A DNA stretch of 60,915 nt, filler included, from 6 parts of 6 records of this genome joined end to end with filler, not necessarily neighbours in it, one strand, 5' to 3'; shown: positions 50,793-60,307, numbered from the whole stretch's first letter. Notes: generated by a model not told the origin, from the letters alone. Translations and numbers: made by a program.

Positions 50793-50795
50793 AAT

Positions 50796-52637
50796 TTATC
50801 CGTTCAGCCAGGGGCAGGGCACCACCTTGTGTCCTGGTTTGTCCAGTTTTTCAATCAGCCATTCGTTCGACGCAGCTTCACCCGCACGCAGGGAAAACTC
50901 CATCACACGCTCAGCCCGAAAACCGATCACATCGAAATCTTCACCTGGCTGCGCGCTGGCCAAAAACCGCTTGTAATTGATTTCAGTCAGCCGCTTGCCG
51001 CCCATAGCCACCAACACATCCCCAGCCGATACCCCAGCCAGGTGTGCCGGACCACCATTGATCACCCGTTTCACCAGCATGCCCTCGGGCTTGAATTGCC
51101 CGTTTAACCCCAGATAAACCGCCTCGTCATTCGGGCTTTGCGAAAGCGAAAAGCCATAGGTTTTCAGCGCATTGTTCAGTGGCAGTTCAGCCGTGCCGTG
51201 TGTCCATTGTTGCAGTTGTTGTTGAAGGTCAATGCCGGTGGCTTCTTCAACCAGCGTTGCAAACTCGTCTTCGTGCAACCCTTCGCCAGTCAAGCCTTTG
51301 CGTTGCCACATCAGGCGCATTACGTCGTCCAGGTTTTTCTTGCCCGCTGTGTGCTGTCGAATGGCTGAATCCAGGCACAAAGCCACCAAAGCGCCTTTGG
51401 TGTAGTAACTCACAATTGAATTCGGTGCATTTTCATCCTGCCGGTAATATTTGGTCCAGGCATCAAATGAACTGTCTGCAACGCTTTGGTTCAAGCGCCC
51501 GGGGCCTTTCATCACTTGCGCAATGGTTCTACCCACTGATTTCAAATACCCAGTTTCGTCCAGCTTGCCTGCGCGCGCCAACATCAAATCATCGTAATAC
51601 GACGTGAATCCCTCGAAAATCCACAGCAAGCGCGTGTAGTTTTCCTGTGTCAAATCATAGGGAACAAATGCAGCAGGTTTCATTCGCTTTACATTCCAGG
51701 AATGAAAATACTCATGGCTGCACAGCCCTAGAAACCCCTCGTAACCTTTGGGTGCTTTTTCAACGCCGCATTGTGGAAGTTCGGCGTTGTTGAACAACAG
51801 GGACGTGCTGTTTCGGTGTTCAAGGCCGCCGTATCCGTTGTCCGTTGCATGCAGCATGAACCAATAAGTGTCGAATGGTGCGCGTTTGCGGTCGGGTTCA
51901 AACAAGGCAATCTGTGCCTCGCATACCGGCTTGATGTCATTGCAAATGCGTTGCAGGTCAAGGTCCCTGTCGGCCCCGTAGACCGCAAACACATGTTTTA
52001 TGCCCAAAGCATCGAAGCTTTCAACGTGCAACACACCCATTTCCACGGGGTGATCAATCAAGCTGTCGTAATCAGGGGCGGTAAATTTAACTTGCCCACC
52101 TGCTTTCAGGACAGGGCAACCATGCGCATCTTTCAGTGTGCCCGGCTGGCTTGGCAAGCCGCAGGCCACCACCCAGTCAGCAGCATTTTCACCGGGGCGA
52201 GAGACGATCAATTCAATGTGCGAGTTCTCGAACCCTGTCGGGCACAGGAAAAGGCTGGTGCCATTGAAAAATCCATGTGTGTCATCCAGGTGCGCACCAC
52301 GCACCGACAAATCCCAGGCGTACACACGCCAGTGGCACAACAACAGCACCGATGAATGGGCAGAACTCACCACGGCTGCGTCCACATGCACGCGCCAGTG
52401 GTCCTTGCCCACTTTTACACACACCGCGTCCGCGCCATTCACCGCACTTTTTACATACAGAATGTTTCGGGCAAATTCCCGAATCAAATAGCTGCCGGGA
52501 ATCCAGGCGGGCAGGGTCAAATCAACCCAGCGATCTGCCTGTTCCCCCTGAAGCTTTGCAAGCGGAATCTCCACTTGCAACTGCACATCAAAATAGTGGC
52601 CTTTTGGGTCGGCCACCTCGACCAGATAATGCAACAT
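50796..52637 (-). CDS. M61 family glycyl aminopeptidase with PDZ domain
   Basis: LPAWIPGSY, GGLEH, zinc motif HEYFH, WIFEGFTSYY and SYYTKGA; C-terminal PDZ (GPAHLAGVSAGD). Confidence 0.92.
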   Translation of the reverse strand: MLHYLVEVADPKGHYFDVQLQVEIPLAKLQGEQADRWVDLTLPAWIPGSYLIREFARNILYVKSAVNGADAVCVKVGKDHWRVHVDAAVVSSAHSSVLLLCHWRVYAWDLSVRGAHLDDTHGFFNGTSLFLCPTGFENSHIELIVSRPGENAADWVVACGLPSQPGTLKDAHGCPVLKAGGQVKFTAPDYDSLIDHPVEMGVLHVESFDALGIKHVFAVYGADRDLDLQRICNDIKPVCEAQIALFEPDRKRAPFDTYWFMLHATDNGYGGLEHRNSTSLLFNNAELPQCGVEKAPKGYEGFLGLCSHEYFHSWNVKRMKPAAFVPYDLTQENYTRLLWIFEGFTSYYDDLMLARAGKLDETGYLKSVGRTIAQVMKGPGRLNQSVADSSFDAWTKYYRQDENAPNSIVSYYTKGALVALCLDSAIRQHTAGKKNLDDVMRLMWQRKGLTGEGLHEDEFATLVEEATGIDLQQQLQQWTHGTAELPLNNALKTYGFSLSQSPNDEAVYLGLNGQFKPEGMLVKRVINGGPAHLAGVSAGDVLVAMGGKRLTEINYKRFLASAQPGEDFDVIGFRAERVMEFSLRAGEAASNEWLIEKLDKPGHKVVPCPWLNG

Positions 52638-52658
52638 GGTTCTCTTTAAGTGGAAACA

Positions 52659-53642
52659 TCACATTTTGATAACAACGCGCCCGGTGTTCGCGCCCGCCAT
52701 AATTTGCCCCGCCGCCTCAATCGCACCTTCAAGAGGCAGTACGCGCGACAAACTGGATAATTTGTTCAAATCAAGGTCCGTAGCCAGTCTGCGCCACGCT
52801 TCCTCGCGAATGGCCAATGGCGCCATCACGGAATCCACACCTTTCAGTGTCACGCCGCGCAAAATAAAAGGTGCCACCGACGAAGGCAAATCCATGCCTT
52901 GCGCCAAGCCACATGCGGTTACTGTACCGCCGTATTTTGTTTGTGCGCAGGCATTGGCCAGGGTGTGTGAACCCACGCAGTCCACCACGCCGGCCCAGCG
53001 CTCGCGTTGCAGGGCTTTGCCAGGTTCGCTCAGTGTTTTTCTATCCAGCACTTCAGCGGCGCCCAGGTTTTTCAAGAACTGGCTTTGCTCGGGTTTGCCA
53101 CTGGTCGCCACCACAGTAAAGCCCAGCTTACTCAGCAAGGCAATCGCCACCGTGCCCACGCCACCTGTGGCACCGGTTACCAAAATTTCACCTTGCTCGG
53201 GCTTCACGCCATGGGCCTCAAGGCCCATCACGCACAACATGGCCGTGTAGCCAGCAGTGCCAATTGCCATGGCCTGCTCCGCACTCAAACCAGCGGGGCG
53301 CTTAATCAGCCAGTCGCCTTTCAGTTTTGCTTTCCCGGCCAGGCAGCCCCAATGGGTTTCGCCCACACCAAAGCCGTTCAGAATCACCTCGTCACCGGCC
53401 TTGAAATTGGGGTGCGCGCTCTCCAGTACCGTACCTGCCCCATCAATGCCGGCAACCATCGGCCATTGCCGAACCACAGGCGATTTGTTGCAAATGGCCA
53501 GACCGTCTTTGAAATTCAGTGTGGAATGTGAAATCTGCACCAGTACATCGCCTGCCTCAGGCAATTGCGACTCATCCAGTTGCGCAAGGCTTGCGCTGAA
53601 TTCACCCTGTTCGTTTTTTTGAAGAAATACTGCCTTGAACAT
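52659..53642 (-). CDS. acuI: Acrylyl-CoA reductase AcuI/YhdH family (MDR)
   Basis: STLNFKDGLA, AMAIGTAGYTAML, VTGATGGVG and PFILRGVTL.GVDSV. Confidence 0.88.
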   Translation of the reverse strand: MFKAVFLQKNEQGEFSASLAQLDESQLPEAGDVLVQISHSTLNFKDGLAICNKSPVVRQWPMVAGIDGAGTVLESAHPNFKAGDEVILNGFGVGETHWGCLAGKAKLKGDWLIKRPAGLSAEQAMAIGTAGYTAMLCVMGLEAHGVKPEQGEILVTGATGGVGTVAIALLSKLGFTVVATSGKPEQSQFLKNLGAAEVLDRKTLSEPGKALQRERWAGVVDCVGSHTLANACAQTKYGGTVTACGLAQGMDLPSSVAPFILRGVTLKGVDSVMAPLAIREEAWRRLATDLDLNKLSSLSRVLPLEGAIEAAGQIMAGANTGRVVIKM

Positions 53643-53691
53643 AATGGCTCCGTCTATGCGTGTTGTTGTCTCGAAAACAAGACTACACCAT

Positions 53692-54177
53692 TTACGCGAA
53701 GCAGGCAGTCACTCCCAAGCCAAGCGCCGCACCCAAAGTCAGGTGGGTGCGAAGCTTCAGGTAGTGATCAAATACCCTCATGGGCTTCAGAAAATGCCGG
53801 TCAACAAACCACACAAGCAGCAAAACAAAGGTCAGAATCCAAAGCGCAAGTTGCGTGGACGCAAATGCACTTGCCAGCCAAGCCAACAGCGAGGGAGTAA
53901 CTCCCCAAATGAAGCTTCTCGTCTCAAATGCCTCTTGGTCAATGCCTGCCAAATACACAGGGGCTTCATGATGATGGCTCAATGCAATCGCCAAGCCCCA
54001 ATGCACAGCACCTAAAAATGAAATGATCGCCAAGCCGTACAGCAGGTTGTAGTTGGCCAAGGTCGTTGCCATGTCCGTGTCGTCGCACAGGGCGACCAAT
54101 GCCGCAAAGCCCAAAAACGGGATCAAACCGGCGTATCCCAGAACATTCATCCAGTTTGTTTTTAGCGCTGTGGTCAT
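53692..54177 (-). CDS. DUF3429-like membrane protein
   Basis: LGYAGLIPF, Y...IISFLGAVHWG and YLKLR..LT motifs. Confidence 0.8.
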   Translation of the reverse strand: MTTALKTNWMNVLGYAGLIPFLGFAALVALCDDTDMATTLANYNLLYGLAIISFLGAVHWGLAIALSHHHEAPVYLAGIDQEAFETRSFIWGVTPSLLAWLASAFASTQLALWILTFVLLLVWFVDRHFLKPMRVFDHYLKLRTHLTLGAALGLGVTACFA

Positions 54178-54180
54178 GCC

Positions 54181-55461
54181 TCACTCCATCAAAACATCGT
54201 CATGAACCGCTTCGTTCAGGCTTCCTGCCATGTACGTGGCCTCGCGGTAAAAGCGCGAAAAGCTTTGCTGAAAGCGCACGGGGTTTGGCAGCAAGCGTTC
54301 CTCAGCCAGCCACCCTACCGGTAGACAGCGTTGCATCAATGCATAGCCAGGGTTCAGCGTCTCCCGCATTTCAAATCCGGAATTGGTTTGCGTAAAAACG
54401 GGCAACATTGTTGCGCAATGTGCAATGTCGTCCGTGTCGACAATCCACAACTGCTCACAACCTTGTTCCAGTGCCTCCAGCACAAATGCCCAGCGCGCCT
54501 TGTCCCACCGATACTCATCATGAAATGCCACATCGATAATGCCCACGCGCAGTTCATTTTCCTGTTTCAACTCAAAACAGTTGCGCAAATCCCAAGGGTG
54601 AATCAGACGGACCTTTTTGAAATTGCCAACAGTATTTACTGCGGTTTCAAGGCCTGCCTGGTCACGCAGGTCAACGGTATTGGGTTGCAGGCCTGTGCTG
54701 GGTAACTGCGTTTCGAATGCAAAAACAGCGGGTTCGCATAGGCCTTGTATCGGCGCACCGGGTTCAGCGCCAGCATCCTGCCGCCTTCGGGCAATGTTCT
54801 CCAGATCCTCGTAAGTCGTGTCGATGGCCGAGCCTGAACAGTCCCAGTGCTGAGCATACTTTTGAACATTTCCGGCATTGAATACATAGGGTTTGTGACT
54901 GAACGTACCAGCCACCCACTGCCAGCTTAGGTGGTTGGACGCCAAATCCCCATCCAGCAAATGTGAATACATCCAGTCGGCACCCACTTTCCAGTGCACT
55001 TTGCGAATGTGCACCACATAAGAAGCGATCCACATGCGGACATGGTTGTGCAGGTATCCCGTTTCGTACAACAAACGAACACCTTCATCAATCGCCTGTA
55101 TACCCGTGCGGCCTTCCCGAATGTCGTCGGGTAGCGCCTGTTGATAACGCCCTGGCCAAACAGGCTGGCGAATATCAGAAAAAATCCCGTCGCCCAATTC
55201 ACCGTGGACATGTTTGAAAAACTCGCGCCATGCAAACTCGAAGATCAGTTTGTCTTCAAAGGACAATCGGTGCTTTTCCATCAGTAGCCGGGCTGCCTCG
55301 CGTACGCTCAGAATTCCGTGCGTGATCCACGGCGACAATCCGGTCACCGCGCCGTCCAGAAAGTTGCGCGACTTGCTGTATACCGCCGGATCCACCTTGG
55401 CCAGGGCATCCAGCGCAGCCTGCCGGTTCGGCTTGTGCGTGAATGAAGTGTGAAGTTGCAT
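54181..55461 (-). CDS. Photolyase/cryptochrome family protein with N-terminal FAD-binding domain (inverted order, NewPHL-like)
   Basis: SRNFLDGAVTGLSPWITHG, AWREFF, GYLHNHVRMW and LLDGDLASNHLSWQW all lie in the first ~200 aa, with no N-terminal alpha/beta domain. Confidence 0.8.
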   Translation of the reverse strand: MQLHTSFTHKPNRQAALDALAKVDPAVYSKSRNFLDGAVTGLSPWITHGILSVREAARLLMEKHRLSFEDKLIFEFAWREFFKHVHGELGDGIFSDIRQPVWPGRYQQALPDDIREGRTGIQAIDEGVRLLYETGYLHNHVRMWIASYVVHIRKVHWKVGADWMYSHLLDGDLASNHLSWQWVAGTFSHKPYVFNAGNVQKYAQHWDCSGSAIDTTYEDLENIARRRQDAGAEPGAPIQGLCEPAVFAFETQLPSTGLQPNTVDLRDQAGLETAVNTVGNFKKVRLIHPWDLRNCFELKQENELRVGIIDVAFHDEYRWDKARWAFVLEALEQGCEQLWIVDTDDIAHCATMLPVFTQTNSGFEMRETLNPGYALMQRCLPVGWLAEERLLPNPVRFQQSFSRFYREATYMAGSLNEAVHDDVLME

Positions 55462-55468
55462 GGCGTAC

Positions 55469-56215
55469 TTACTTCACCAGCGGGCGAATGTTCCGGAACC
55501 CGCCATCCACGTTCAAAATTGCGCCTGTCATTCGGCATGCGCCGTCGCCAAGCAACCAATGCATGGCATGCGCAACCTCAATGGGTTCGTTGACGCCTTG
55601 CAGTGGGTACTGTTTGCTGCTGGCTGCGCGCATCACATCGCTTTTCAGGAAAGCTGATGCAATGGGTGAATCCGTTAATCCAGGTGCCACCACATTGACT
55701 CGAATATTGTCAGCAGCATGTGTGGCCGCTGCCGATTTCGACAAACCTTCAATGCCTGCCTTGGCGGCGGCAATCGCCTCATGGTTGGGTACGCCAATTC
55801 CGGTTGCGCAAGTAGACACCAGCACCGCAGCACCACCTTGCCCCTGGCTTTTCGCCTGTTTTAAAAACGCGCGCAAACCATACATCGCAGAAATCAAATT
55901 GACCTGCATCACATTGTCAATCTGCGCATCTGTTGTTTTCGTCAGCGGTGCCACCAATATAGAGCCCACACAATGCGCATATCCATCCACCGGTGTTCCG
56001 GCGTTTGCAAGTGCCTCGAATGCCGCATCCACTGAAGCAGAATCGCAGGCTTGCACTTCTACTATATGTACACCCGCCTTTTTGCCATACAGCGCTTCCA
56101 GCACAGACGCATCGCGGCCCGCAGCAATCACTTCCTGCCCCGACTTCACACACAAGTCCACCAGTGCCTGGGCAATCGCACTGTTGGCACCCATTACAAA
56201 CACACGCTTTGTCAT
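55469..56215 (-). CDS. Atypical short-chain dehydrogenase/reductase
   Basis: GANSAIA dinucleotide loop, IRVNVVAPGLTD and MTGAILNVDGG; the YxxxK position reads IAAAK. Confidence 0.85.
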   Translation of the reverse strand: MTKRVFVMGANSAIAQALVDLCVKSGQEVIAAGRDASVLEALYGKKAGVHIVEVQACDSASVDAAFEALANAGTPVDGYAHCVGSILVAPLTKTTDAQIDNVMQVNLISAMYGLRAFLKQAKSQGQGGAAVLVSTCATGIGVPNHEAIAAAKAGIEGLSKSAAATHAADNIRVNVVAPGLTDSPIASAFLKSDVMRAASSKQYPLQGVNEPIEVAHAMHWLLGDGACRMTGAILNVDGGFRNIRPLVK

Positions 56216-56368
56216 TGTTAACTACCTGTTTTGTACAAAGTAAATTCATTTTGTCCTAGACAGAAAATAAAGTCACGCGTTCAATCAAAACTTCCAGGCA
56301 TCACAAGAAAGCCCAAATTGTCCGGTTAGACTTTCTCCATCCCCATTACAAAGCAGGAGACTCACCAC

Positions 56369-57145
56369 ATGACTTATGAAACCATTCTTGTTGAAACCCT
56401 TGGCAAGGTCGGCTTGATCCGCCTGAACCGTCCCCAGGTGTTGAATGCCCTGAACGACCAGCTGATGACCGAACTGGGGCAAGCGCTGGTCGCCTTTGAC
56501 GCCGATGAAAATATCGGCGCCATGGTAATTACCGGCAGTGACAAAGCGTTTGCCGCTGGTGCCGACATCGGGGCCATGGCCTCCTTTACATATATGGATG
56601 TCTACAAAAGCGAATACATCACCCGTAACTGGGAAACAATCCGCAATGTTCGCAAGCCAGTGATCGCCGCTGTGCGCGGGTTCGCCTTGGGCGGTGGCTG
56701 TGAGCTTGCAATGATGACCGACTTCATTATTTGTGCAGACACCGCCAAGTTTGGTCAGCCCGAAATCAAACTGGGCATCATTCCCGGTGCCGGTGGAACC
56801 CAGCGCCTGCCCCGTGCTGTCAGCAAAGCCAAGGCCATGGACCTTTGCCTGACCGGTCGCATGATGGACGCCGCCGAAGCCGAGCGCGCTGGCTTGGTCT
56901 CCCGCGTGGTTGCCGCAGATCGCTGCCTTGATGAAGCCATTGAAGCGGCCACGGTCATCGCGGCTTATTCAACACCTTCTGTCATGATGGCCAAAGAAAG
57001 CATTAATCGTGCATTTGAAGGGTCGTTGTCTGAAGGGATGCTGTTTGAACGCCGCATGTTCCACAGTTTGTTTGCCACTGAAGACCAAAAAGAGGGCATG
57101 GCAGCCTTTGTTGAGAAGCGAAAACCCGATTTCACCAACAAGTAA
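56369..57145 (+). CDS. Enoyl-CoA hydratase (crotonase)
   Basis: [28 protein letters not shown] and [25 protein letters not shown]. Confidence 0.94.
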   Translation: MTYETILVETLGKVGLIRLNRPQVLNALNDQLMTELGQALVAFDADENIGAMVITGSDKAFAAGADIGAMASFTYMDVYKSEYITRNWETIRNVRKPVIAAVRGFALGGGCELAMMTDFIICADTAKFGQPEIKLGIIPGAGGTQRLPRAVSKAKAMDLCLTGRMMDAAEAERAGLVSRVVAADRCLDEAIEAATVIAAYSTPSVMMAKESINRAFEGSLSEGMLFERRMFHSLFATEDQKEGMAAFVEKRKPDFTNK

Positions 57146-57251
57146 GGTGCTTAAATCCCAATTAATTGGGAATTAAATCGAATTAAATTCGAATTGTTCA
57201 GGTCTCGTACCGTTGAAACAGACCGTCTCAGTAAAAAATTTGAAATATTTT

Positions 57252-57278
57252 AAAGGCTCCAAACGGAGCCTTTTTTTT
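57252..57278 (+). terminator. Rho-independent terminator
   Basis: AAAGGCTCC-AAAC-GGAGCC followed by T8. Confidence 0.8.
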
Positions 57279-57359
57279 AAGCAACACATCAAAATATCCT
57301 TGTGCGTCAGGGGCTTGTTTTGGTCGGCATGTGGGGTGTTTGGGACAGAGTTTTGACGT

Positions 57360-57415
57360 GTTGCGGAAAAATACAAATTTCTTCGCAAAAGTGTTTGACA
57401 GGTTTTGAATTGATG
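57360..57415 (+). promoter_or_regulatory. Probable strong sigma70 promoter, truncated (UP-like A/T tracts plus -35)
   Basis: Consensus TTGACA at 57395-57400 preceded by A/T tracts; the contig ends 15 nt later, before the -10. Confidence 0.5.
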
Positions 57416-57515
57416 NNNNNNNNNNNNNNNNNNNNNNNNNNNNNNNNNNNNNNNNNNNNTTAATTAATTAANNNNNNNNNNNNNNNNNNNNNNNNNNNNN
57501 NNNNNNNNNNNNNNN
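57416..57515. other. Artificial contig spacer
   Basis: Same 100-nt linker. Confidence 0.99.
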
Positions 57516-58205
57516 CTGGAATTCGAGACCGTGTTCCTGCCCGGCTGGGAGGAGGGCCTGTTCCCGCACCAGCGCGCGCTCGACGAGGGCGGCCGGTCCG
57601 GGCTGGAGGAGGAGCGCCGGCTCGCCTATGTCGGGCTGACCCGCGCCAAGCGCCATTGCCACATCTGGTTCGTCTCCAACCGCCGCATCCACGGCCTGTG
57701 GCAATCGACGCTGCCCTCGCGCTTTCTCGATGAACTGCCCGAAGCGCATGTCGAGGTGGCCGAAATGGACACCGGCTTCGGCGGCTACGGCCGCGGCGGC
57801 CGCTTCGGCGCTTCTGGAAGTTATGGGGGAGGCCATTCCGGCGGCCCCTACGGCGCCTCGCGCTTCGACAAGGCCGAGCCCTTTGCCGGCAACTACAACA
57901 CGCCCGGCTGGAAACGCGCCCAGGCCAACAAGACCGACGCCGCCCGCGACAACTGGGGCACCCGCTCCGGCCACGCCGTCGAGCGCATCGCCTACGGCGA
58001 ATCCGGCCCGCGCGGCTCCACCATCGAAGGCGAACTCGTCGCCAAATCCACCGGCACCACGTCGGCCTACTCGGTCGGCGACCGCGTCTTCCACCTCAAA
58101 TTCGGCAACGGCAACATCGCCTCGATTGATGGAAACAAGCTGACGATTGATTTCGACAAGGCCGGGCAGAAGCGGGTGCTGGACGGGTTTGTGGAGCGGG
58201 TTTGA
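57516..58205 (+). CDS. uvrD: UvrD/PcrA helicase C-terminal part (5'-truncated)
   Basis: [17 protein letters not shown], motif [24 protein letters not shown] and Tudor-like [12 protein letters not shown]. Confidence 0.93.
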   Translation: MEFETVFLPGWEEGLFPHQRALDEGGRSGLEEERRLAYVGLTRAKRHCHIWFVSNRRIHGLWQSTLPSRFLDELPEAHVEVAEMDTGFGGYGRGGRFGASGSYGGGHSGGPYGASRFDKAEPFAGNYNTPGWKRAQANKTDAARDNWGTRSGHAVERIAYGESGPRGSTIEGELVAKSTGTTSAYSVGDRVFHLKFGNGNIASIDGNKLTIDFDKAGQKRVLDGFVERV

Positions 58206-58220
58206 AATATAAAATGGCTG

Positions 58221-59036
58221 CTAGCGAGATGGGATATGGAGTTCCATATTCTCCCAAAGCTCTTGGGCACGCTTTTTTGCTATCTCACGGGAGTCCCGTT
58301 GAATATCAAAGCTTGTTCCATTCACCCAGCAATAGAAGTTTTCGGCAAGCCAGATGCTTTGCCTTAGTAAACGCACCTCATCACCATACTTCATAGGGGC
58401 TACAGGATTTCGTCTTTCTCTCCGTGTTTGTATCAGGGCATGAGCGATGTGCTTGTCTCGGGAGTTTCGTAGTCGTTCGAGGGCATGGGATTCTGCTATT
58501 TTCCGGGCGATACAAATGGCGCGCCTTAAGCGCCTGCGAGCTTTCCACGATTGTTTTTCGGCAAATTGGTTTTGGCTGTCTTCAATGGATTGTTCTATCG
58601 CGGCTTGAAGGGCTGGATCTGAATGTGGCTTGTTCAGCATACGAATCCCACGTGATGCATGCGCATGCCGATGTTCTTCGGCTAGCGCGTTAATGACGTC
58701 ATCGTCATCGATGTATTCAACAATTGTTAGAATGCTCGCGGTATTCTCATCTGCCGCATCCCACAACGCCGCTGTTCGCAGTACCGCGAATAAAAATGAA
58801 GTTTGGCTCAAAATATTGTAGGCGTTAGCGGCATAAGATCGTGGGATTTGTATAGTCAAGCGATTGGAATAAACGAGGTACTCGTTGTTGGCCTGTATAG
58901 CTACGACTTCGAGCACATGGTCGATGATCTTTTCCCTGATCATCATTTTTGCACATTCGATTCTGGTTTTTGTGTCCATCTGCGCCACTCGTGCTTTAAA
59001 TGGTGAGCGTTTGGAAGAACCCATAATCTCCATCAT
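58221..59036 (-). CDS. HEPN-motif protein (AbiU2-like), putative RNase
   Basis: All-helical 271 aa with LRTAALWD and RNSRDKHIAH (Rx4-6H); visibly more AT-rich than its flanks. Confidence 0.65.
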   Translation of the reverse strand: MMEIMGSSKRSPFKARVAQMDTKTRIECAKMMIREKIIDHVLEVVAIQANNEYLVYSNRLTIQIPRSYAANAYNILSQTSFLFAVLRTAALWDAADENTASILTIVEYIDDDDVINALAEEHRHAHASRGIRMLNKPHSDPALQAAIEQSIEDSQNQFAEKQSWKARRRLRRAICIARKIAESHALERLRNSRDKHIAHALIQTRRERRNPVAPMKYGDEVRLLRQSIWLAENFYCWVNGTSFDIQRDSREIAKKRAQELWENMELHIPSR

Positions 59037-59175
59037 CCTATCTGATAATTACTGTTGTAACCGAAAATAGATACGGCAATAATTTCATGAATACATTGTC
59101 CTTTCATTTTTATGCTCCGGCGTCCGACCGTCACCGGCGTGATCCAAGCGCCATTCGCGGACGCCCTAGCCTTAA

Positions 59176-60036
59176 TCATCGCCTCCGCCCCAACTCCCCC
59201 ACCAGATAATCCGCAAAAATCCCCACATGCGGCCCGCAGGCTGCCTTGTGGTAATGCACGCTCATGGCGATTTCGGGCAACGGCGGGAAGCCCTCCTGGC
59301 CGTCGAGGATGCGCAGGGTGTCGGGGATGATCGAGGCTTCCATCACCGAGACTGCCGAGCCGTTGAGCACGGTTTGCTCGATCAGGTCGACGCTGCGGGT
59401 CGAACAGGTGATGCGCCAGGGCCGCTCGATCTGTTCGAGCGCCGCGAGCCCGGCCTTGCGCACCGCGCAGCCGTTTGGAAACAGGGCCAGCTTCAACCGT
59501 TGCTCGGGGTCGTCGAGATAATCGGGGGCGGCCACCCAGTGCAGCGGCTCGTAGCGGGCGATCCGGCCCTTGACCTGGTCCGAGCTGTGGGTGGCAAGCA
59601 GAATGTCGATCTCGCCCCGCTCGAGCATCGGCAACAGGTCGATCGAGCTTTCGCAGGTGAGTTCGAACTCGATCAGCGGATACTCAGTGGTGAATGCCGC
59701 CAGCAGCGGCGCCAGCAGGTAGGTGGCGTAGTCGTCCGGCGCGCCGAAGCGGATCAGGCCTTCGGCTTCGGGGCGGCGCATATGTGACAGGGCCGCCTCG
59801 TTGGCCGACAGGATCCGGTTGGCATAGACCAGCAGCGCCTCGCCCGAGGGGGTGATCTCGACCGCGTTGCGGCTGCGCTCGAACAGCCGTTCGCCGGTAA
59901 TCTCCTCAAGCCGCTTGAGCTGCAGGCTGACCGCGGATTGGGTCCGCCCGATGGCCTCGGCGGCGCGGGTGAAATTGCGGTGCGCGGCAATCGCCACGAA
60001 GGAGCGCAAAAGGTCGATTTCAAGATCACGTTGCAT
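59176..60036 (-). CDS. LysR family transcriptional regulator
   Basis: LLRSFVAIA..RNFTRAAEAIGRTQSAVSLQLKRLEE HTH and G.IRFGAPDDYA. Confidence 0.95.
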   Translation of the reverse strand: MQRDLEIDLLRSFVAIAAHRNFTRAAEAIGRTQSAVSLQLKRLEEITGERLFERSRNAVEITPSGEALLVYANRILSANEAALSHMRRPEAEGLIRFGAPDDYATYLLAPLLAAFTTEYPLIEFELTCESSIDLLPMLERGEIDILLATHSSDQVKGRIARYEPLHWVAAPDYLDDPEQRLKLALFPNGCAVRKAGLAALEQIERPWRITCSTRSVDLIEQTVLNGSAVSVMEASIIPDTLRILDGQEGFPPLPEIAMSVHYHKAACGPHVGIFADYLVGELGRRR

Positions 60037-60043
60037 GCCTCAT

Positions 60044-60089
60044 ATTAGAAAATCTCATCACAAGAAGCAAATTAATTCGTTTTACGCAT
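60044..60089. promoter_or_regulatory. Two LysR-type T-N11-A boxes in the divergent promoter
   Basis: ATTAGAAAATCTCAT (60044-60058) and ATTCGTTTTACGCAT (60075-60089). Confidence 0.55.
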
Positions 60090-60142
60090 CAGTGGTGCGG
60101 GCGTAGGGTTTTCCCATCGCAACAGCAAAGCAGGAGAAAGCC

Positions 60143-60307
60143 ATGTTCAACCTGATCGCCAATGCCATGTTCGAAGCCACGCGGCTGCCCGCACCGCCGA
60201 CCGCGCCCGTGCGCAACCGCTGGTTCGTCGGCAGCAACCGCAACCCGGCCGCGTCGGGCTGGCAAGATGCGGCGGCAGTCAAGGCCGATACCGCGCCCGA
60301 CCGCTGA
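60143..60307 (+). CDS. Small hypothetical protein (54 aa), absent from the ORF track
   Basis: AGGAG 6 nt upstream of ATG; MFNLIANAMFEATRLPAPPTAPVRNRWFVGSNRNPAASGWQDAAAVKADTAPDR*; GC3-rich codons; divergent from lysR. Confidence 0.65.
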   Translation: MFNLIANAMFEATRLPAPPTAPVRNRWFVGSNRNPAASGWQDAAAVKADTAPDR

